DNA from: Pseudobdellovibrionaceae bacterium
Lineage (GTDB): Bacteria; Bdellovibrionota; Bdellovibrionia; Bdellovibrionales; Bdellovibrionaceae
Length of the DNA: 64,000 nucleotides
Direction: 5' to 3'
NCBI GenBank assembly: GCA_021731025.1
Contig: JAKFYD010000011.1
Location: 1,889-65,888, forward strand
In this document: positions 22,539 through 33,918 of the stretch, one piece after another
Position numbering within the stretch: position 1 is the stretch's first letter
Layout of the letters: each line of letters opens with the position of its first letter
The notes under the pieces: model-generated
What the model saw: the letters and a program-made list of their open reading frames with translations, nothing else
Told to the model about the DNA's origin: nothing
Database searches by the model: none
Program-made: the position numbers and the translations under genes

Positions 22539-23357
22539 ATGGGTATTAAAACATACAGCCCTCGCTCAGAGGGTCGCAGAGCAATGACAGGTTTTGATTT
22601 CTCAGAAATCACGAAATCAAAACCCGAGAAATCGTTAACGGCGCCTATTCGAAAAAGTTCAGCTCGTAATAATCACGGGCAAATTACTGTTCGTCACATT
22701 GGTGGCGGTCATAAGCGTCGATTTCGTATTATTGATTTTAAACGAACAAAAGTAGAAATTCCTGCAAAAGTAGTTTCTATCGAGTACGATCCGAATCGCA
22801 CATGCCGAATCGCTTTGATCGCTTACGCTGATGGAGCAAAAGCCTACATCCTTGCGCCAATTGGTTTAAATGTTGGCGATACTGTGTTGTCGAGTGAGAA
22901 AGCCGATATTAAACCAGGTAATGCATTGTCATTGATGTCAATTCCTGTGGGTACGACCATTCACAATATTGAAGTTCGTCCCGGTAAAGGTGCGCAAATG
23001 GTTCGCGGCGCTGGCGCTGCTGCTATTTTAGTAGCCAAAGAGCAACAGTATTGCCAGGTGCGATTGCCTTCTGGTGAAGTTAAAAAGATTTTATCTGTTT
23101 GCAAAGCTTCAATTGGTCAGGTTGGAAACACTGATAACGAGAATATTTCGCTTGGAAAAGCGGGCCGTTCGCGCTGGAGAGGTATCCGTCCTGGAGTTCG
23201 CGGTATGGCGATGAATCCAGTTGACCATCCATTGGGTGGCGGTGAAGGCGTTGGTAAAGGTCATCATCCTGTAACTCCGTGGGGACAGCCCTGCAAAGGT
23301 TACAAAACGAGAAATAATAAACGAACTGATTCTTCAATTATTAAGAGACGTAAGTAG
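22539..23357 (+). CDS. rplB: 50S ribosomal protein L2
   Basis: '[13 protein letters not shown]' and '[13 protein letters not shown]'. Confidence 0.97.
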   Translation: MGIKTYSPRSEGRRAMTGFDFSEITKSKPEKSLTAPIRKSSARNNHGQITVRHIGGGHKRRFRIIDFKRTKVEIPAKVVSIEYDPNRTCRIALIAYADGAKAYILAPIGLNVGDTVLSSEKADIKPGNALSLMSIPVGTTIHNIEVRPGKGAQMVRGAGAAAILVAKEQQYCQVRLPSGEVKKILSVCKASIGQVGNTDNENISLGKAGRSRWRGIRPGVRGMAMNPVDHPLGGGEGVGKGHHPVTPWGQPCKGYKTRNNKRTDSSIIKRRK

Positions 23358-23366
23358 GAGTACATT

Positions 23367-23666
23367 GTGGCTAGGTCAGTAAAAAAGGGACCGTTCATTG
23401 ACGAGCATCTGCAAAAGAAGATCGACAATGCGATTCAAAAAAATGATAAAAAAGTAATTAAAACATGGTCACGTCGTTCAACAATTTTTCCGGAATCTGT
23501 TGGTTTGACGTTCGCCGTTCATAACGGAAAACAATTTGTACCTGTTTACGTCACAGAAAATATGATTGGCCATCGACTGGGCGAGTTTTCTCCGACACGT
23601 AAGTTCGTTGGACACTCTGATAAAAAAGCCGGATCTGCAGCAGGTCCTGCGGCAGATAAGAAGTAA
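23367..23666 (+). CDS. rpsS: 30S ribosomal protein S19 (GTG start)
   Basis: '[10 protein letters not shown]' and '[23 protein letters not shown]'. Confidence 0.96.
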   Translation: MARSVKKGPFIDEHLQKKIDNAIQKNDKKVIKTWSRRSTIFPESVGLTFAVHNGKQFVPVYVTENMIGHRLGEFSPTRKFVGHSDKKAGSAAGPAADKK

Positions 23667-23677
23667 GGGGTTAGATA

Positions 23678-24010
23678 ATGGAAGCGAAAGCAAGCCTCAA
23701 ATACGCACGAGTTGGAGCTCAAAAAGCTCGACTAGTAGCTGATATGGTCCGCGGCCAAAATGTGAGTCAGGCCGTAAAAACGCTGACTTTTTTAAATAAA
23801 AAATCGGCTTTAATTATAAAAAAATTGATCGAATCAGCTGTCGCGAATGCAGATTATAAAAAAACAATGGATATCGACAAACTGGTCGTAAAAACGATTT
23901 ATGTTGATCAAGGGCCTGTTTTGAAAAGATTCCGTCCACGAGCTCAAGGCCGTGCTTATGGAATCAGAAAAAAAACTAGTCACATCAACGTCACTCTAGA
24001 GGAGAAATAG
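23678..24010 (+). CDS. rplV: 50S ribosomal protein L22
   Basis: '[18 protein letters not shown]'. Confidence 0.96.
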   Translation: MEAKASLKYARVGAQKARLVADMVRGQNVSQAVKTLTFLNKKSALIIKKLIESAVANADYKKTMDIDKLVVKTIYVDQGPVLKRFRPRAQGRAYGIRKKTSHINVTLEEK

Positions 24011-24012
24011 AA

Positions 24013-24678
24013 GTGGGACAAAAGGTAAATCCAATTGGTTTTCGTCTGGGAGTGATTCGTACTTGGGATTCGCGTTGGTATGCCAAAGGGCATAGCTACT
24101 ATGAAAATCTTCACGAAGACATTCGTCTTCGCAAGTATTTGAAAGATAAATTAAAACATGCTGGTGTTGCTAAAATTGAAGTTGAGCGAGCTGCTAAAAA
24201 AGTTAAAATTATCATTTCAACAGCTCGTCCCGGTGTTGTTATCGGTAAAAAAGGCACTGGTATTGATTCTTTAAAAGCTGATGTTCAACGTTTAACTCCA
24301 AACGAAGTCTTCTTGAGCATTCAAGAAGTTCGTAAACCTGATCTTGATGCGCAGCTGGTTGCTGAAAGTATTGCTTTGCAACTCGAAAAACGTATCTCTT
24401 GGAGACGTGCTTTGAAAAAGGCTATCGCTGCTGCCATTAAAGGTGGAGTGCGAGGGATCAAAGTTAGAGTTTCTGGTCGATTGGATGGAGCAGAGATCGC
24501 TCGTTCAGAGTGGTACAATGAGAAGAGTGTTCCTCTTCACACATTGCGCGCCGATATTGATTATGGAACAGCCGAAGCTTTAACAAGCTATGGAATTATT
24601 GGTTTGAAAGTTTGGATCTACAAAGGTGATATTTTGTCAGCCCGAGAAGTTGAGGAGGCAGGCCGTGTTAAGTCCTAA
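24013..24678 (+). CDS. rpsC: 30S ribosomal protein S3 (GTG start)
   Basis: '[12 protein letters not shown]' and KH domain '[11 protein letters not shown]'. Confidence 0.97.
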   Translation: MGQKVNPIGFRLGVIRTWDSRWYAKGHSYYENLHEDIRLRKYLKDKLKHAGVAKIEVERAAKKVKIIISTARPGVVIGKKGTGIDSLKADVQRLTPNEVFLSIQEVRKPDLDAQLVAESIALQLEKRISWRRALKKAIAAAIKGGVRGIKVRVSGRLDGAEIARSEWYNEKSVPLHTLRADIDYGTAEALTSYGIIGLKVWIYKGDILSAREVEEAGRVKS

Positions 24679-25072
24679 GCGAGTTAAATATCGTAAACAA
24701 TTTGTTGGTCGTGCAACTGGACTTGCTGTTCGTGGTTGTCACTTAGATTTTGGTGATTACGGTTTGCAAGCCATCGAAGAAGGTCGTTTGACAGCACGTC
24801 AACTAGAGGCGGGTCGTATTGCGATTTCCCGCAGTGTAAAACGTGGTGGTAAATTTTGGTGCCGTGTTTTTCCTGATCGCCCAGTAACAAAAAAGGCAGC
24901 AGAAACAAGGATGGGTAGTGGTAAGGGTAATCCTGAATTTTGGATTGCGCGAATATTGCCTGGTCGAATTTTGTTTGAAATGAATGGCGTTACAAGAGAG
25001 CAAGCTAAAGAGGCTTTTGATCGCGCAGCTTACAAGCTCCCTTTTAAAACGCGTTTTCTGGTTCGGGAGTAA
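24665..25072 (+). CDS. rplP: 50S ribosomal protein L16 (GTG start)
   Basis: '[11 protein letters not shown]' N-terminus begins at GTG 24665 and overlaps the rpsC end. '[12 protein letters not shown]'. Confidence 0.95.
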   Translation: MLSPKRVKYRKQFVGRATGLAVRGCHLDFGDYGLQAIEEGRLTARQLEAGRIAISRSVKRGGKFWCRVFPDRPVTKKAAETRMGSGKGNPEFWIARILPGRILFEMNGVTREQAKEAFDRAAYKLPFKTRFLVRE

Positions 25073-25077
25073 TAAAG

Positions 25078-25272
25078 ATGATGAAATTTACTGAAATCAA
25101 AGATCTGTCAGTGACAGAATTAAAGAAAAAAAGAGCTGGATTAAGCGAAGCTCTTTTTCAAGCGAAAGTTAAAAATTCAATTGGTCAGCTTCCAAACCCA
25201 ATTGAGATTAGAAATTTACGACGTGATATCGCAAAAATAAACACTGCGATTGTTAAAAAAGTAGCTCGATAA
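25078..25272 (+). CDS. rpmC: 50S ribosomal protein L29
   Basis: 64 aa, 'ELKKKRAGLSEALFQAKVKNSIGQL', plus synteny. Confidence 0.93.
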   Translation: MMKFTEIKDLSVTELKKKRAGLSEALFQAKVKNSIGQLPNPIEIRNLRRDIAKINTAIVKKVAR

Positions 25273-25282
25273 GAGGGATGAA

Positions 25283-25558
25283 ATGAAAACTCAAGAAGTG
25301 TCTCCTCGGGGACGGAAAATTGAAGTAACCGGTGAAGTGATTTCCGATAAAATGGAAAAAACCATCTCTGTGTTGATCTATAGAATGATAAGACACAAAA
25401 AATACGGTAAGTATGTTAAAAAGACTTCTGTATTTAAAGCTCATGATGAAAAAAAACAGGCTAAAGTTGGCGATATCGTACGAATTTATGAAACTCGCCC
25501 CTTAAGCAAAACTAAACGTTGGGCTTTAAGCGCTGTCGTTGAATCAGCGAATAAGTAG
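25283..25558 (+). CDS. rpsQ: 30S ribosomal protein S17
   Basis: '[16 protein letters not shown]', '[17 protein letters not shown]', '[18 protein letters not shown]'. Confidence 0.96.
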   Translation: MKTQEVSPRGRKIEVTGEVISDKMEKTISVLIYRMIRHKKYGKYVKKTSVFKAHDEKKQAKVGDIVRIYETRPLSKTKRWALSAVVESANK

Positions 25559-25566
25559 GAGACAAC

Positions 25567-25935
25567 ATGATACAGATGCAGACCCGTTTAAATGTTGCAG
25601 ATAATTCAGGCGCCAAAGAAGTCATGTGCATCAAAGTTCTTGGTGGCTCAAAGCGAAGAAGCGCTGCGATCGGAGACATTATTGTTGTTTCGATCAAAGA
25701 AGCTCTTCCTAATGCAAAAGTAAAAAAAGGTGAAGTTGCCAAAGCAGTTGTTGTGCGTACAGTGCAAAAATTGAGAAGAGCGGATGGGTCTTATATCCGT
25801 TTTGATGACAATTCAGCGGTTTTGATTAATGCGGCAAAAGAACCAATTGGTACACGTATTTTCGGTCCAGTAGCTAGAGAACTTCGCGCAAAGCAGTTTG
25901 TGAAGATTGTTTCTTTGGCTCCTGAGGTCCTATAG
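25567..25935 (+). CDS. rplN: 50S ribosomal protein L14
   Basis: '[17 protein letters not shown]'. 122 aa. Confidence 0.98.
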   Translation: MIQMQTRLNVADNSGAKEVMCIKVLGGSKRRSAAIGDIIVVSIKEALPNAKVKKGEVAKAVVVRTVQKLRRADGSYIRFDDNSAVLINAAKEPIGTRIFGPVARELRAKQFVKIVSLAPEVL

Positions 25936-25943
25936 AGGTTGAT

Positions 25944-26483
25944 ATGAATCGATTGCATGAAAGATACAAAAAAGAAATAGTTCCTCAGTTGGCCAAACAG
26001 CTTGGCGCGAAGAACGTGATGCAAGTGCCACGGCTTGAAAAAATTATTATCAGTGTGAGCACAGGCGATGCCGTTCAAAATCCAAAGATTTTGAACGCTG
26101 TTGTTGATGAGATCACGTCCATTGCAGGACAAAAAGCAGTGATTACCAAATCTAAAAAAGCGATCTCAAATTTTAAATTGAGAAAAGGTTTGGCGATCGG
26201 GGCGCGAGTAACTTTGCGTCGTGACAGAATGTGGTCTTTTATGGATCGATTGAACACTTTGGCATTGCCACGTGTTCGTGACTTCCGTGGATTGCCAAGC
26301 AAAGGTTTTGATGGTCGCGGAAATTACAATATGGGTCTGAAAGAACAGATCGTATTTCCTGAAATTAATTACGACCGCGTTGAAAAAGTAAGAGGAATGA
26401 ACATTACAATTTGCACAACTGCAAATAGTGATACAGAAGGCAGAGCACTGTTAGAAGCTCTCGGAATGCCGTTTAGGAAATAA
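25944..26483 (+). CDS. rplE: 50S ribosomal protein L5
   Basis: '[13 protein letters not shown]', '[24 protein letters not shown]'. Starts 8 nt after rplN, so no rplX lies between them. Confidence 0.97.
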   Translation: MNRLHERYKKEIVPQLAKQLGAKNVMQVPRLEKIIISVSTGDAVQNPKILNAVVDEITSIAGQKAVITKSKKAISNFKLRKGLAIGARVTLRRDRMWSFMDRLNTLALPRVRDFRGLPSKGFDGRGNYNMGLKEQIVFPEINYDRVEKVRGMNITICTTANSDTEGRALLEALGMPFRK

Positions 26484-26498
26484 AGGAAGAGGTGAATC

Positions 26499-26804
26499 TT
26501 GGCTCGATTAGCTGCGATCATGAAAAACAATAAGAGAAAAGAAAAATCTTCTCGCTATTGGAAACACAGAAAAGAACTTCGCGAAGCGGCAGTTAACTTT
26601 AAATTGTCAGACGAAGAGAGAATGGCTGCGAGAAAAAAATTGATGAAGTTGCCTCGTGACACTTCTCCGACGAGGGTCATTACTCGATGCGAACTTTCAG
26701 GTCGTCCTCGTGGTTGTTATAAAAAATTTGGACTATCACGGATTGCCTTCCGAGCATTAGCTCTGGATGGAAAATTACCTGGCGTAACGAAAGCCAGTTG
26801 GTAA
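26499..26804 (+). CDS. rpsN: 30S ribosomal protein S14, long non-zinc form (TTG start)
   Basis: '[23 protein letters not shown]' and C-terminal 'GVTKASW'. 101 aa with no CxxC pairs. Confidence 0.95.
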   Translation: MARLAAIMKNNKRKEKSSRYWKHRKELREAAVNFKLSDEERMAARKKLMKLPRDTSPTRVITRCELSGRPRGCYKKFGLSRIAFRALALDGKLPGVTKASW

Positions 26805-26813
26805 GAGGGAAAG

Positions 26814-27203
26814 ATGGATACAATTTCACAATTTATTACAGTTATTCGAAATGCAGGTTTAGCTAAGCATGAAAAAGTAGATGTTCCTGCATCGAAATTG
26901 CGTGCAGGTATCGCTCAAATTCTTGCTAACGAAGGTTATATCCGCAGTTTTAAAATTGCTAAAGATTCTAAACAAGGAATTATGCGGATTTATTTGAAAT
27001 ATGATGATTCTGGAAACCACATGATCAGCTCTATTGATCGAGTGAGTCGTCCTGGTCGTCGTGTTTATGTACAAAATGACAAAGTTCCTAGTGTTCGGTC
27101 TGGTTTGGGTATGTCCATTATCAGCACCAGCCAAGGAATCATGGATTCTAAACAGGCAAAGGAAAAAAAGTTGGGCGGAGAACTCCTCTGCTCACTTTGG
27201 TAG
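26814..27203 (+). CDS. rpsH: 30S ribosomal protein S8
   Basis: 'ISQFITVIRNA', 'ISTSQGIMDSKQA', 'GGELLCSLW'. Confidence 0.96.
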   Translation: MDTISQFITVIRNAGLAKHEKVDVPASKLRAGIAQILANEGYIRSFKIAKDSKQGIMRIYLKYDDSGNHMISSIDRVSRPGRRVYVQNDKVPSVRSGLGMSIISTSQGIMDSKQAKEKKLGGELLCSLW

Positions 27204-27210
27204 GTGAAAT

Positions 27211-27753
27211 ATGTCACGTATTGGAAAAGCACCGATTTTTTTAGATGATAAAGTGCAAGTGGCCGTTTCGGCAAAAAATGAAGTTTCTGTTAAAGGTGCC
27301 AAACACACTTTAAGTATCTTAATGAAACCTGAAGTTACGGCGAAGGTTGAAGGCAAAACTGTTGTTTTGACCCGAAATTCTGAGTCAAAAGAAGCTCGAG
27401 CTCTTCATGGTCTTTACCGTGCTCTTTTGCAAAATGCTGTCAGCGGAGTTTCAAAAGGTTTCACTAAATCTCTTGAGCTGCAAGGGGTTGGTTATCGAGC
27501 CAGCGTAGCAGGAAAAAAATTGGAGCTATCCTTAGGGTTCAGCCATCCAATTTCTTTTGATATCCCTGAAGGAATCGAAATTAAAGTTGAGAAACAAACA
27601 GTTATTCAAGTTACTGGTCCAAGCCGTGAATTGGTTGGGCAAGTCGCCGCTAAAATTCGCTCGTTCAGACCGCCAGAGCCTTACTTAGGTAAAGGTGTGC
27701 GCTACTTGGGTGAAAAAATCCGCCGTAAAGCGGGTAAGTCGGCTGGTAAATAG
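27211..27753 (+). CDS. rplF: 50S ribosomal protein L6
   Basis: 'MSRIGKAPI' and 'PEPYLGKGVRY'. Confidence 0.96.
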   Translation: MSRIGKAPIFLDDKVQVAVSAKNEVSVKGAKHTLSILMKPEVTAKVEGKTVVLTRNSESKEARALHGLYRALLQNAVSGVSKGFTKSLELQGVGYRASVAGKKLELSLGFSHPISFDIPEGIEIKVEKQTVIQVTGPSRELVGQVAAKIRSFRPPEPYLGKGVRYLGEKIRRKAGKSAGK

Positions 27754-27773
27754 ATTTTTAAGAGGAATTATTT

Positions 27774-28145
27774 ATGATGAAGTTAAAATTTAGAAAACAC
27801 ACCAGTGAACGGCAAGTTAACCGCTTAACGAAGAAAATTCGTATCCGTAAAACTGTGAAAGGCACAGACGAGCGTCCTCGTCTTTGTGTTTTTCGCAGCG
27901 GCCGACACATTTACGCACAAATCATTAATGATGTTACAGGCCATACATTGGCAGCTGTTTCCTCACTGACTTTGAAGTCAGAAGCTTCAGGTCGTGAATT
28001 AGCAAAGATTGTGGGTTCAGAGGTTGCTAAAGCGGCGATTCAGAAAAAAATTAAAGATGTTGTGTTTGATCGTAATGGTTATATTTATCATGGCCGTGTT
28101 CAGTCATTAGCTGATGGCGCTCGTGAAGCTGGTTTGAATTTTTAA
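27774..28145 (+). CDS. rplR: 50S ribosomal protein L18
   Basis: '[17 protein letters not shown]' and '[24 protein letters not shown]'. Confidence 0.96.
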   Translation: MMKLKFRKHTSERQVNRLTKKIRIRKTVKGTDERPRLCVFRSGRHIYAQIINDVTGHTLAAVSSLTLKSEASGRELAKIVGSEVAKAAIQKKIKDVVFDRNGYIYHGRVQSLADGAREAGLNF

Positions 28146-28155
28146 GGAGTGATCG

Positions 28156-28602
28156 ATGGATAAAGTGTCGACTGAATTTGAAGAAAGAGTCGTAGCAATT
28201 AACAGGGTCACCAAGGTGGTCAAGGGTGGTCGAAGATTTTCATTCGCTGCTTTAGTTGTTGTTGGAAACAAATCAGGTGAAATCGGTTTTGGTTCAGGAA
28301 AAGCAGGTGAAGTGCCTGAAGCTATCGGTAAAGCAAGCCGTTCAGCAAAAAAAGCTTCACGAAGCATTTCCTTGAAAGACAATAGAACAATTCATCACGA
28401 AGTGATTGGAACTTTTGGCGCCGCTAAAGTTATCATGAAGCCTGCAGCTCCTGGAACTGGAGTTATTGCTGGTGGAGCGGTTCGCGCGGTTCTCGAGTCT
28501 GTTGGTGTAAAAGATATATTAACTAAATGTGTAGGGACTAGAAATCCTCACAATGCTGTTCGAGCTACTTTAAATGGGCTTGGGCAACTGAAAAAAGCTT
28601 AA
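28156..28602 (+). CDS. rpsE: 30S ribosomal protein S5
   Basis: '[24 protein letters not shown]' and '[19 protein letters not shown]'. Confidence 0.96.
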   Translation: MDKVSTEFEERVVAINRVTKVVKGGRRFSFAALVVVGNKSGEIGFGSGKAGEVPEAIGKASRSAKKASRSISLKDNRTIHHEVIGTFGAAKVIMKPAAPGTGVIAGGAVRAVLESVGVKDILTKCVGTRNPHNAVRATLNGLGQLKKA

Positions 28603-28611
28603 GGTGTTTTT

Positions 28612-28797
28612 ATGGCTAAATCTTTTAAAGTTACATTAAAAAGATCTCTGATTGGTTGCAATCAAACTCAGCGGGAAACAATCCGTTGCCTAGGTTTGAG
28701 AAAAAGACATCATTCAGCGGATGTTAAAGATACGCCTGCAAACCGCGGGCAAATTATGAAAGTTCAACACCTTGTTGACGTGGAAGTGGTGGGGTAA
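28612..28797 (+). CDS. rpmD: 50S ribosomal protein L30
   Basis: 61 aa, 'LKRSLIGCNQTQRETIRCLGLRK'. Confidence 0.93.
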   Translation: MAKSFKVTLKRSLIGCNQTQRETIRCLGLRKRHHSADVKDTPANRGQIMKVQHLVDVEVVG

Positions 28798-28800
28798 TTT

Positions 28801-29241
28801 ATGAGTTTATTATCACAATTATCTCCTAAAGCAGGTTCAACTCACTATCGCAAACGCGTTGGACGAGGAATTGGATCAGGTTTGGGTGGTTACTCTGGAA
28901 AAGGTGGTAAAGGGCAAACTCAACGGAGCGGCGGAAGTATTCGTCGTGGCTTCGAGGGTGGTCAAACTCCTTTGCATCGTCGTCTTCCTAAATTTGGTTT
29001 TACGAATGAAGCTTTCGCAACTCATTACGAAATTGTTAATTTAAGCCAATTGGCTGAGATGAGCGGCGAAGTAACAATCGAAACTTTACGTGAAGCTGGT
29101 TTAGTTAACCGAGGCCCAGTAAAAGTTTTAGGCAATGGAAAAGTGACTAAAGCATTAACTGTAAAAGCTCATAAATTCAGTGAATCAGCAAAAAAAGCCA
29201 TTGAATCGGCTGGTGGAAAAACAGAAACCGTTAAATTATAA
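28801..29241 (+). CDS. rplO: 50S ribosomal protein L15
   Basis: '[19 protein letters not shown]' and '[17 protein letters not shown]'. Confidence 0.96.
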   Translation: MSLLSQLSPKAGSTHYRKRVGRGIGSGLGGYSGKGGKGQTQRSGGSIRRGFEGGQTPLHRRLPKFGFTNEAFATHYEIVNLSQLAEMSGEVTIETLREAGLVNRGPVKVLGNGKVTKALTVKAHKFSESAKKAIESAGGKTETVKL

Positions 29242-29254
29242 AAAGGATTTTTAA

Positions 29255-30580
29255 GTGTCTGCTGTTGATAGTATTTCTAAAAATTCAGATTTAAGAAGCC
29301 GCATACTTTTTACTTTAGGGATGTTAGCCATCTACCGTATTGGTGTGCACGTTCCAACTCCAGGTGTCGATGGCGCCGCGGTTCTTTCATTCTTCGAAGC
29401 TCAAAGTCGAGGAATTTTTGGATTGTTCAATACATTCAGCGGGGGAGCTCTTTCGCAATTCAGTATTTTTGCTTTAGGGATTATGCCCTACATCTCTGCA
29501 TCAATTATTTTTCAATTGTTAACTTCTGCGGTTCCTTACCTAGAAGCTTTAAAAAAAGAGGGTGAGTACGGTCGTCGTAAAATCACTCAATACACACGTT
29601 ATGCAACTGTTGCTTTAGCAATCATTCAAGGGATTGGGATCAGTTCATGGATAGCTAATCAGAGCAGTCCTGACGGAAAACTTCTTGTGGTTTCTAGCAC
29701 CATTGGCTTTTTGCCATTTCAAGTAATGACAGTAATTACTTTGACCGCAGGAACATGTTTTATCATGTGGTTAGGTGAACAAATTACTGAACGCGGAATC
29801 GGAAATGGATCTTCATTGATCATTTTCACTGGTATTGCATCGTCAATTCCGGCTAGCGCCCAGCAACTTATCGAACTTATTTCTCAAGGCGAATTAAAAC
29901 TGGCCGTAGCTCTGATTCTTCTCGCTTTTATGGTGCTTATTGTTGCTGGCGTCATCTATATGGAGGTGGCGCAAAGACGTATCACCATCCAGTACTCGCA
30001 GCGCAGTCAGGCGGGCATGCAATCTATGACTGCTCCGAGCAGCCATTTGCCAATCAAAGTTAATTTTTCTGGAGTTATTCCTCCGATTTTTGCGAGTTCT
30101 TTATTAATGTTCCCTGCGACAATTGCCCAATTTTATGATGTTCCTTGGTTGAAGGCTTTGCAGGACTCATTGAATCCTTCAGGAACTATTTTTAATATTT
30201 TATTTGTCAGTTTAATTATCTTCTTTGCCTTTTTCTATACAGAAATTGTTTTTAATCCTAAAGATGTCGCTGAAAATTTGAAAAAATACGGAGGATTTAT
30301 TCCTGGCGTTCGTGCCGGAAATAGCACTTCTGAATATATTCAAAAAGTTTTGGACCGAGTGAATGTTGCTGGCTGTATTTACTTAAGCGCTGTGTGCGTG
30401 TTGCCAGGTATTTTATCAAATCAGTTTAAAATTCCGTTTTATTTTGGTGGAACAAGCTTACTCATTCTGGTGGGTGTTGCGCTGGATACAGCTCAACAAA
30501 TTCAATCTCACGTTATCAGCCAGAAGTATGAAGGTTTCCTGACTAAAACAAAAATTAAGAGCCGGAGGGTTCAGTTTTGA
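29255..30580 (+). CDS. secY: preprotein translocase subunit SecY (GTG start)
   Basis: '[15 protein letters not shown]' and '[14 protein letters not shown]'. Multi-TM, 441 aa. Confidence 0.97.
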   Translation: MSAVDSISKNSDLRSRILFTLGMLAIYRIGVHVPTPGVDGAAVLSFFEAQSRGIFGLFNTFSGGALSQFSIFALGIMPYISASIIFQLLTSAVPYLEALKKEGEYGRRKITQYTRYATVALAIIQGIGISSWIANQSSPDGKLLVVSSTIGFLPFQVMTVITLTAGTCFIMWLGEQITERGIGNGSSLIIFTGIASSIPASAQQLIELISQGELKLAVALILLAFMVLIVAGVIYMEVAQRRITIQYSQRSQAGMQSMTAPSSHLPIKVNFSGVIPPIFASSLLMFPATIAQFYDVPWLKALQDSLNPSGTIFNILFVSLIIFFAFFYTEIVFNPKDVAENLKKYGGFIPGVRAGNSTSEYIQKVLDRVNVAGCIYLSAVCVLPGILSNQFKIPFYFGGTSLLILVGVALDTAQQIQSHVISQKYEGFLTKTKIKSRRVQF

Positions 30581-31212
30581 ACATTATTCTCTTTGGAGCT
30601 CCCGGAGCGGGGAAGGGCACTCAGTCTTCTTTGCTTATTGAGAGAAAGAACATGTTTCAGATCAGTACAGGAGACTTGTTCCGATCGGCGATTAAAAATA
30701 AAACTGAACTTGGAAAAAAAGCTCAAGATTACATGGTTCGTGGAGAGTTAGTACCAGATTCTATTGTGATCGGAATGGTTGAAGAAGTTCTTCAAGGACA
30801 AAAAAAAGATTTTATCCTTGATGGTTTTCCGCGAACGGTGGCGCAAGCGGAAGCCTTAGATACTTTGACTTCAAAAATGAATATCAAAATCGATAAAGCG
30901 ATTTTTGTTCATGTGCCAAAAACTGAGTTGTTGGGTCGGTTATCTGGTCGAAGAGTGTGTAAAAATTGCGGAGCAGTTTATCACTTGAAGGCTAAGCCAA
31001 CACGCAAACCTGATGTTTGCGACGCTTGCGGTGGTGAAGTGGTGCAAAGACCAGACGACCATGAAAGCGTGATAGAAACGAGATTAAAAGCTTATGAGGA
31101 CTACACGAGCCCTCTTAAGGAATATTATAAGAAGTTGGGTAAGTATTTTGAGGTTGATGGAAACCAAGCCTCCGAAAGCGTGTACGGGAAAATCGAAGCT
31201 CTTTTAAATTAG
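30577..31212 (+). CDS. adk: adenylate kinase with a 4-Cys zinc lid (TTG start overlapping the secY stop)
   Basis: P-loop '[10 protein letters not shown]'. Lid 'CKNCGAVYH...CDACGG'. Confidence 0.95.
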   Translation: MNIILFGAPGAGKGTQSSLLIERKNMFQISTGDLFRSAIKNKTELGKKAQDYMVRGELVPDSIVIGMVEEVLQGQKKDFILDGFPRTVAQAEALDTLTSKMNIKIDKAIFVHVPKTELLGRLSGRRVCKNCGAVYHLKAKPTRKPDVCDACGGEVVQRPDDHESVIETRLKAYEDYTSPLKEYYKKLGKYFEVDGNQASESVYGKIEALLN

Positions 31213-31286
31213 AGTTGACTATCTTGTGGACATGATCATTTTGGGGTGTTAGTTTTCCGAACCGCATTTGTAAAATAGGGTGCACT

Positions 31287-31400
31287 ATGAAAGTAAGACC
31301 ATCAGTAAAAAAGATTTGCAATAAATGCAAAGTGATTAAACGCAAAGGTGTTATCAGAGTTATTTGTGAAAACTCGAAACACAAGCAAAGGCAGGGCTAG
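31287..31400 (+). CDS. rpmJ: 50S ribosomal protein L36 (zinc-ribbon type)
   Basis: Not in the ORF track because it is under 60 aa. ATG at 31287 gives '[37 protein letters not shown]' with the CxxC...C....H pattern. Confidence 0.93.
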   Translation: MKVRPSVKKICNKCKVIKRKGVIRVICENSKHKQRQG

Positions 31401-31402
31401 TT

Positions 31403-31777
31403 ATGGCACGTTTATTAGGCGTCGACTTACCTCGTAATAAGCGAGTTGAAATAGCATTAACTTACATTTTCGGAATTGGCCGCCCTCGCGCCCAAAAAAT
31501 TTGTGAAGTAGCACAAATTCCAGCGACCCTTCGTACTGAAGGATTAACTGACGAACACATTGCAAAAATTCGTGCTTACATTGAGCAACATTTTAAAGTT
31601 GAAGGGGATCTTCGACGTGACATTGGACTTTCAATCAAACGATTGATGGATCTGAATTGCTACCGCGGAACTCGTCATCGTAAAGGTTTACCTGTGCGTG
31701 GACAAAATACGCGATCTAATGCTCGCACTCGAAAAGGTCCTAAGAAAACTGTCGCTAATAAGAAAAAAGCTGTTTAA
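31403..31777 (+). CDS. rpsM: 30S ribosomal protein S13
   Basis: '[14 protein letters not shown]' and '[16 protein letters not shown]'. Confidence 0.97.
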   Translation: MARLLGVDLPRNKRVEIALTYIFGIGRPRAQKICEVAQIPATLRTEGLTDEHIAKIRAYIEQHFKVEGDLRRDIGLSIKRLMDLNCYRGTRHRKGLPVRGQNTRSNARTRKGPKKTVANKKKAV

Positions 31778-31796
31778 TTCTAGGAGTTAAAGTTTC

Positions 31797-32210
31797 ATGA
31801 GTACTGAAAATAAAGCCGCACCAAATAAAGCTGGTTCTCCAGCAAAAAAGAAAATCAAAAGAAACGTTCCGCAAGGTTACTGTTTCATTCAAGCTGGTTT
31901 TGGTAACGTTATCGTTACTATGACAGATCCTAACGGAGACACCATTGCTTGGAGTTCAGCAGGGCATTTGGGCTTCAAAGGGAGCCGTAAAGGAACTCCA
32001 TTTGCGGCACAAGTAGCAGCAGAAGATGCAGCGAAAAAGGCAATGGAAGCAGGAATGAAATCTGTTGATGTTCTTTTAAAAGGACCTGGCGCCGGACGTG
32101 AACCTGCGATTCGTGCTCTGGCGGCAACTGGAATGAGAATTTTGTCTCTGAAAGATATAACTCCAGTTCCACATAATGGCTGCCGTCCACCTAAACGTCG
32201 TCGAATTTAA
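31797..32210 (+). CDS. rpsK: 30S ribosomal protein S11
   Basis: '[14 protein letters not shown]', '[11 protein letters not shown]', '[17 protein letters not shown]'. Confidence 0.97.
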   Translation: MSTENKAAPNKAGSPAKKKIKRNVPQGYCFIQAGFGNVIVTMTDPNGDTIAWSSAGHLGFKGSRKGTPFAAQVAAEDAAKKAMEAGMKSVDVLLKGPGAGREPAIRALAATGMRILSLKDITPVPHNGCRPPKRRRI

Positions 32211-32227
32211 GAAATAGGAGAATTAAA

Positions 32228-32854
32228 GTGAGTTGCGTGAACGACAGTGTTTGTAAATTGTGCCGAAGAGAAAACCTTAAATTATTTTTAAAAGGTGATC
32301 GTTGTTATTCAGACAAATGTTCTTTTGATCGACGACCTTATCCTCCAGGACAGCATGGCCAATCTCGATTAAAATTTTCTGAGTTTGCTTTGCAACTGCG
32401 TGAGAAACAAAAAACTAAACGTTGGTATGGACTTTCTGAAAAGCAATTCCGTCGTTACTTCAAAGAAGCTAATGCCTCTAAAGAATTAACAGGTACTGCC
32501 TTATTGAAATTCTTAGAAATGCGTTTGGACAATGTTGTTTACGCTTTAGGTTTTGGAAGCTCACGTCGTGAAGCACGACAATTGGTTCGCCATAACCACA
32601 TTTTGGTTAACGGAAAACGTGCTAATATTCCAAGCATTCTTGTGAATAAAGGTGATGTGATCCAGATCGCTGACAAGAGCAAAGACCAAACTCGCATTCA
32701 AGCTTCTGTTCAATCAGTAGCGCGACGTTCGATTCCTGCATGGCTTGAAGCTGATCACGGGAAACTTTCGGGAACGATCAAAGATCTACCGACTCGTGAT
32801 GATGTGACTGTGCCGTCAGAAGAAAATATGATTGTTGAATACTACTCAAGATAA
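32228..32854 (+). CDS. rpsD: 30S ribosomal protein S4 with an N-terminal Cys4 cluster (GTG start)
   Basis: 'CKLCRRE...CYSDKC' and 'LQLREKQKTKRWYGL', plus an S4 RNA-binding domain. Confidence 0.96.
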   Translation: MSCVNDSVCKLCRRENLKLFLKGDRCYSDKCSFDRRPYPPGQHGQSRLKFSEFALQLREKQKTKRWYGLSEKQFRRYFKEANASKELTGTALLKFLEMRLDNVVYALGFGSSRREARQLVRHNHILVNGKRANIPSILVNKGDVIQIADKSKDQTRIQASVQSVARRSIPAWLEADHGKLSGTIKDLPTRDDVTVPSEENMIVEYYSR

Positions 32855-32874
32855 TCGTCTAGGGAGACAGAAAT

Positions 32875-33906
32875 ATGCAAGAGCACTATTATAAATTTTG
32901 GAGAGAGATGATCAAACCCAAAGCTTTTGAGGTTGATCGTGAATCTCTTCGTGCAGATTATGCCCGCTTCATCGTTCGTCCTCTCGAGCGAGGCTTTGGC
33001 GTAACTTTAGGGAACTCACTGCGACGAATTCTTTTGAGCTCAATGATGGGTTCAGCTGTTTCTGCAGCGAAATTCGAAGGCGTTCTTCATGAGTTCACAA
33101 CAATCCCTGATGTGCTTGAAGACGTTACGGATATTATTTTAAATTTAAAAGAAGTGCGTTTCCGTCAATTTACTCCTGACACTTTGACTTTGAAAATTTC
33201 AAAAAAAGGTCCTGGTAAATTAACGGCGGCTGACATTCAAACCAGTGACAAAGTTGAAGTTCTTAATAAAGAACAGCACATTGCCACTTTGGGTGCTAAT
33301 GCTAATTTCAATGCTGAAATTATTGTGAGCTATGGTCGTGGATATGTACCTACTGAAAATCGCGAGGAAGAGCTTCCCGTTGGTTTTATTCCAGTGGATG
33401 CATTGTACAGCCCTATTCGTAAGGTTAATTACAATGTTTCGAATGCACGTGTTGGTCAAAGAACTGACTACGATGCTTTGGCATTGGAAGTTTGGACAGA
33501 TGGTTCTTTGAAACCTGAAGAGTCAGTGGCACTGGCTTCAAAAATTATGAAAGAGCAGTTACAGATCTTCTTAACTTTCGACGAGACCATGGAACCGGCG
33601 GAAGAGAAGAAGGATTCATCGTCTCCTCAATTGAACGACAATTTATTCCGTTCTGTTGATGACCTTGAGCTTTCTGTGCGCTCTGCAAATTGCTTGAAAA
33701 ACGCAAACATCAGATACATCGGTGAGCTGGTGGTGCGATCTGAAGCAGAAATGTTAAAGACTAAAAATTTCGGAAGAAAATCATTGAATGAGATCAAGGA
33801 AATCTTGTCAGAAATGGGCCTCGGACTTGGAATGAAGATCGACGGTTGGCCACCTGCAGGATGGGATCCAAATAATCCTCCCCCTCAAAAACGGGAACAA
33901 CAGTAA
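32875..33906 (+). CDS. rpoA: DNA-directed RNA polymerase subunit alpha
   Basis: '[12 protein letters not shown]' and C-terminal domain '[23 protein letters not shown]'. Confidence 0.97.
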   Translation: MQEHYYKFWREMIKPKAFEVDRESLRADYARFIVRPLERGFGVTLGNSLRRILLSSMMGSAVSAAKFEGVLHEFTTIPDVLEDVTDIILNLKEVRFRQFTPDTLTLKISKKGPGKLTAADIQTSDKVEVLNKEQHIATLGANANFNAEIIVSYGRGYVPTENREEELPVGFIPVDALYSPIRKVNYNVSNARVGQRTDYDALALEVWTDGSLKPEESVALASKIMKEQLQIFLTFDETMEPAEEKKDSSSPQLNDNLFRSVDDLELSVRSANCLKNANIRYIGELVVRSEAEMLKTKNFGRKSLNEIKEILSEMGLGLGMKIDGWPPAGWDPNNPPPQKREQQ

Positions 33907-33918
33907 TCGGAGTTTGTC

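Noticed and set aside
28859-29044. 61 aa plus-strand ORF overlapping rplO in another frame, and similar same-strand alternative-frame ORFs at 4771..4998, 11646..11894, 18780..19031, 22311..22493 and 34565..34804
   Set aside because: They lie inside strongly supported genes, have lysine/leucine-rich low-complexity translations typical of frame-shifted AT-rich coding sequence, and have no ribosome-binding sites.
31213-31286. TTGACT at 31214-31219 as an internal promoter for rpmJ and the alpha operon
   Set aside because: The best -10 candidate 17 nt downstream ('ATTTTG') is poor. The evidence is too weak to list as a feature.
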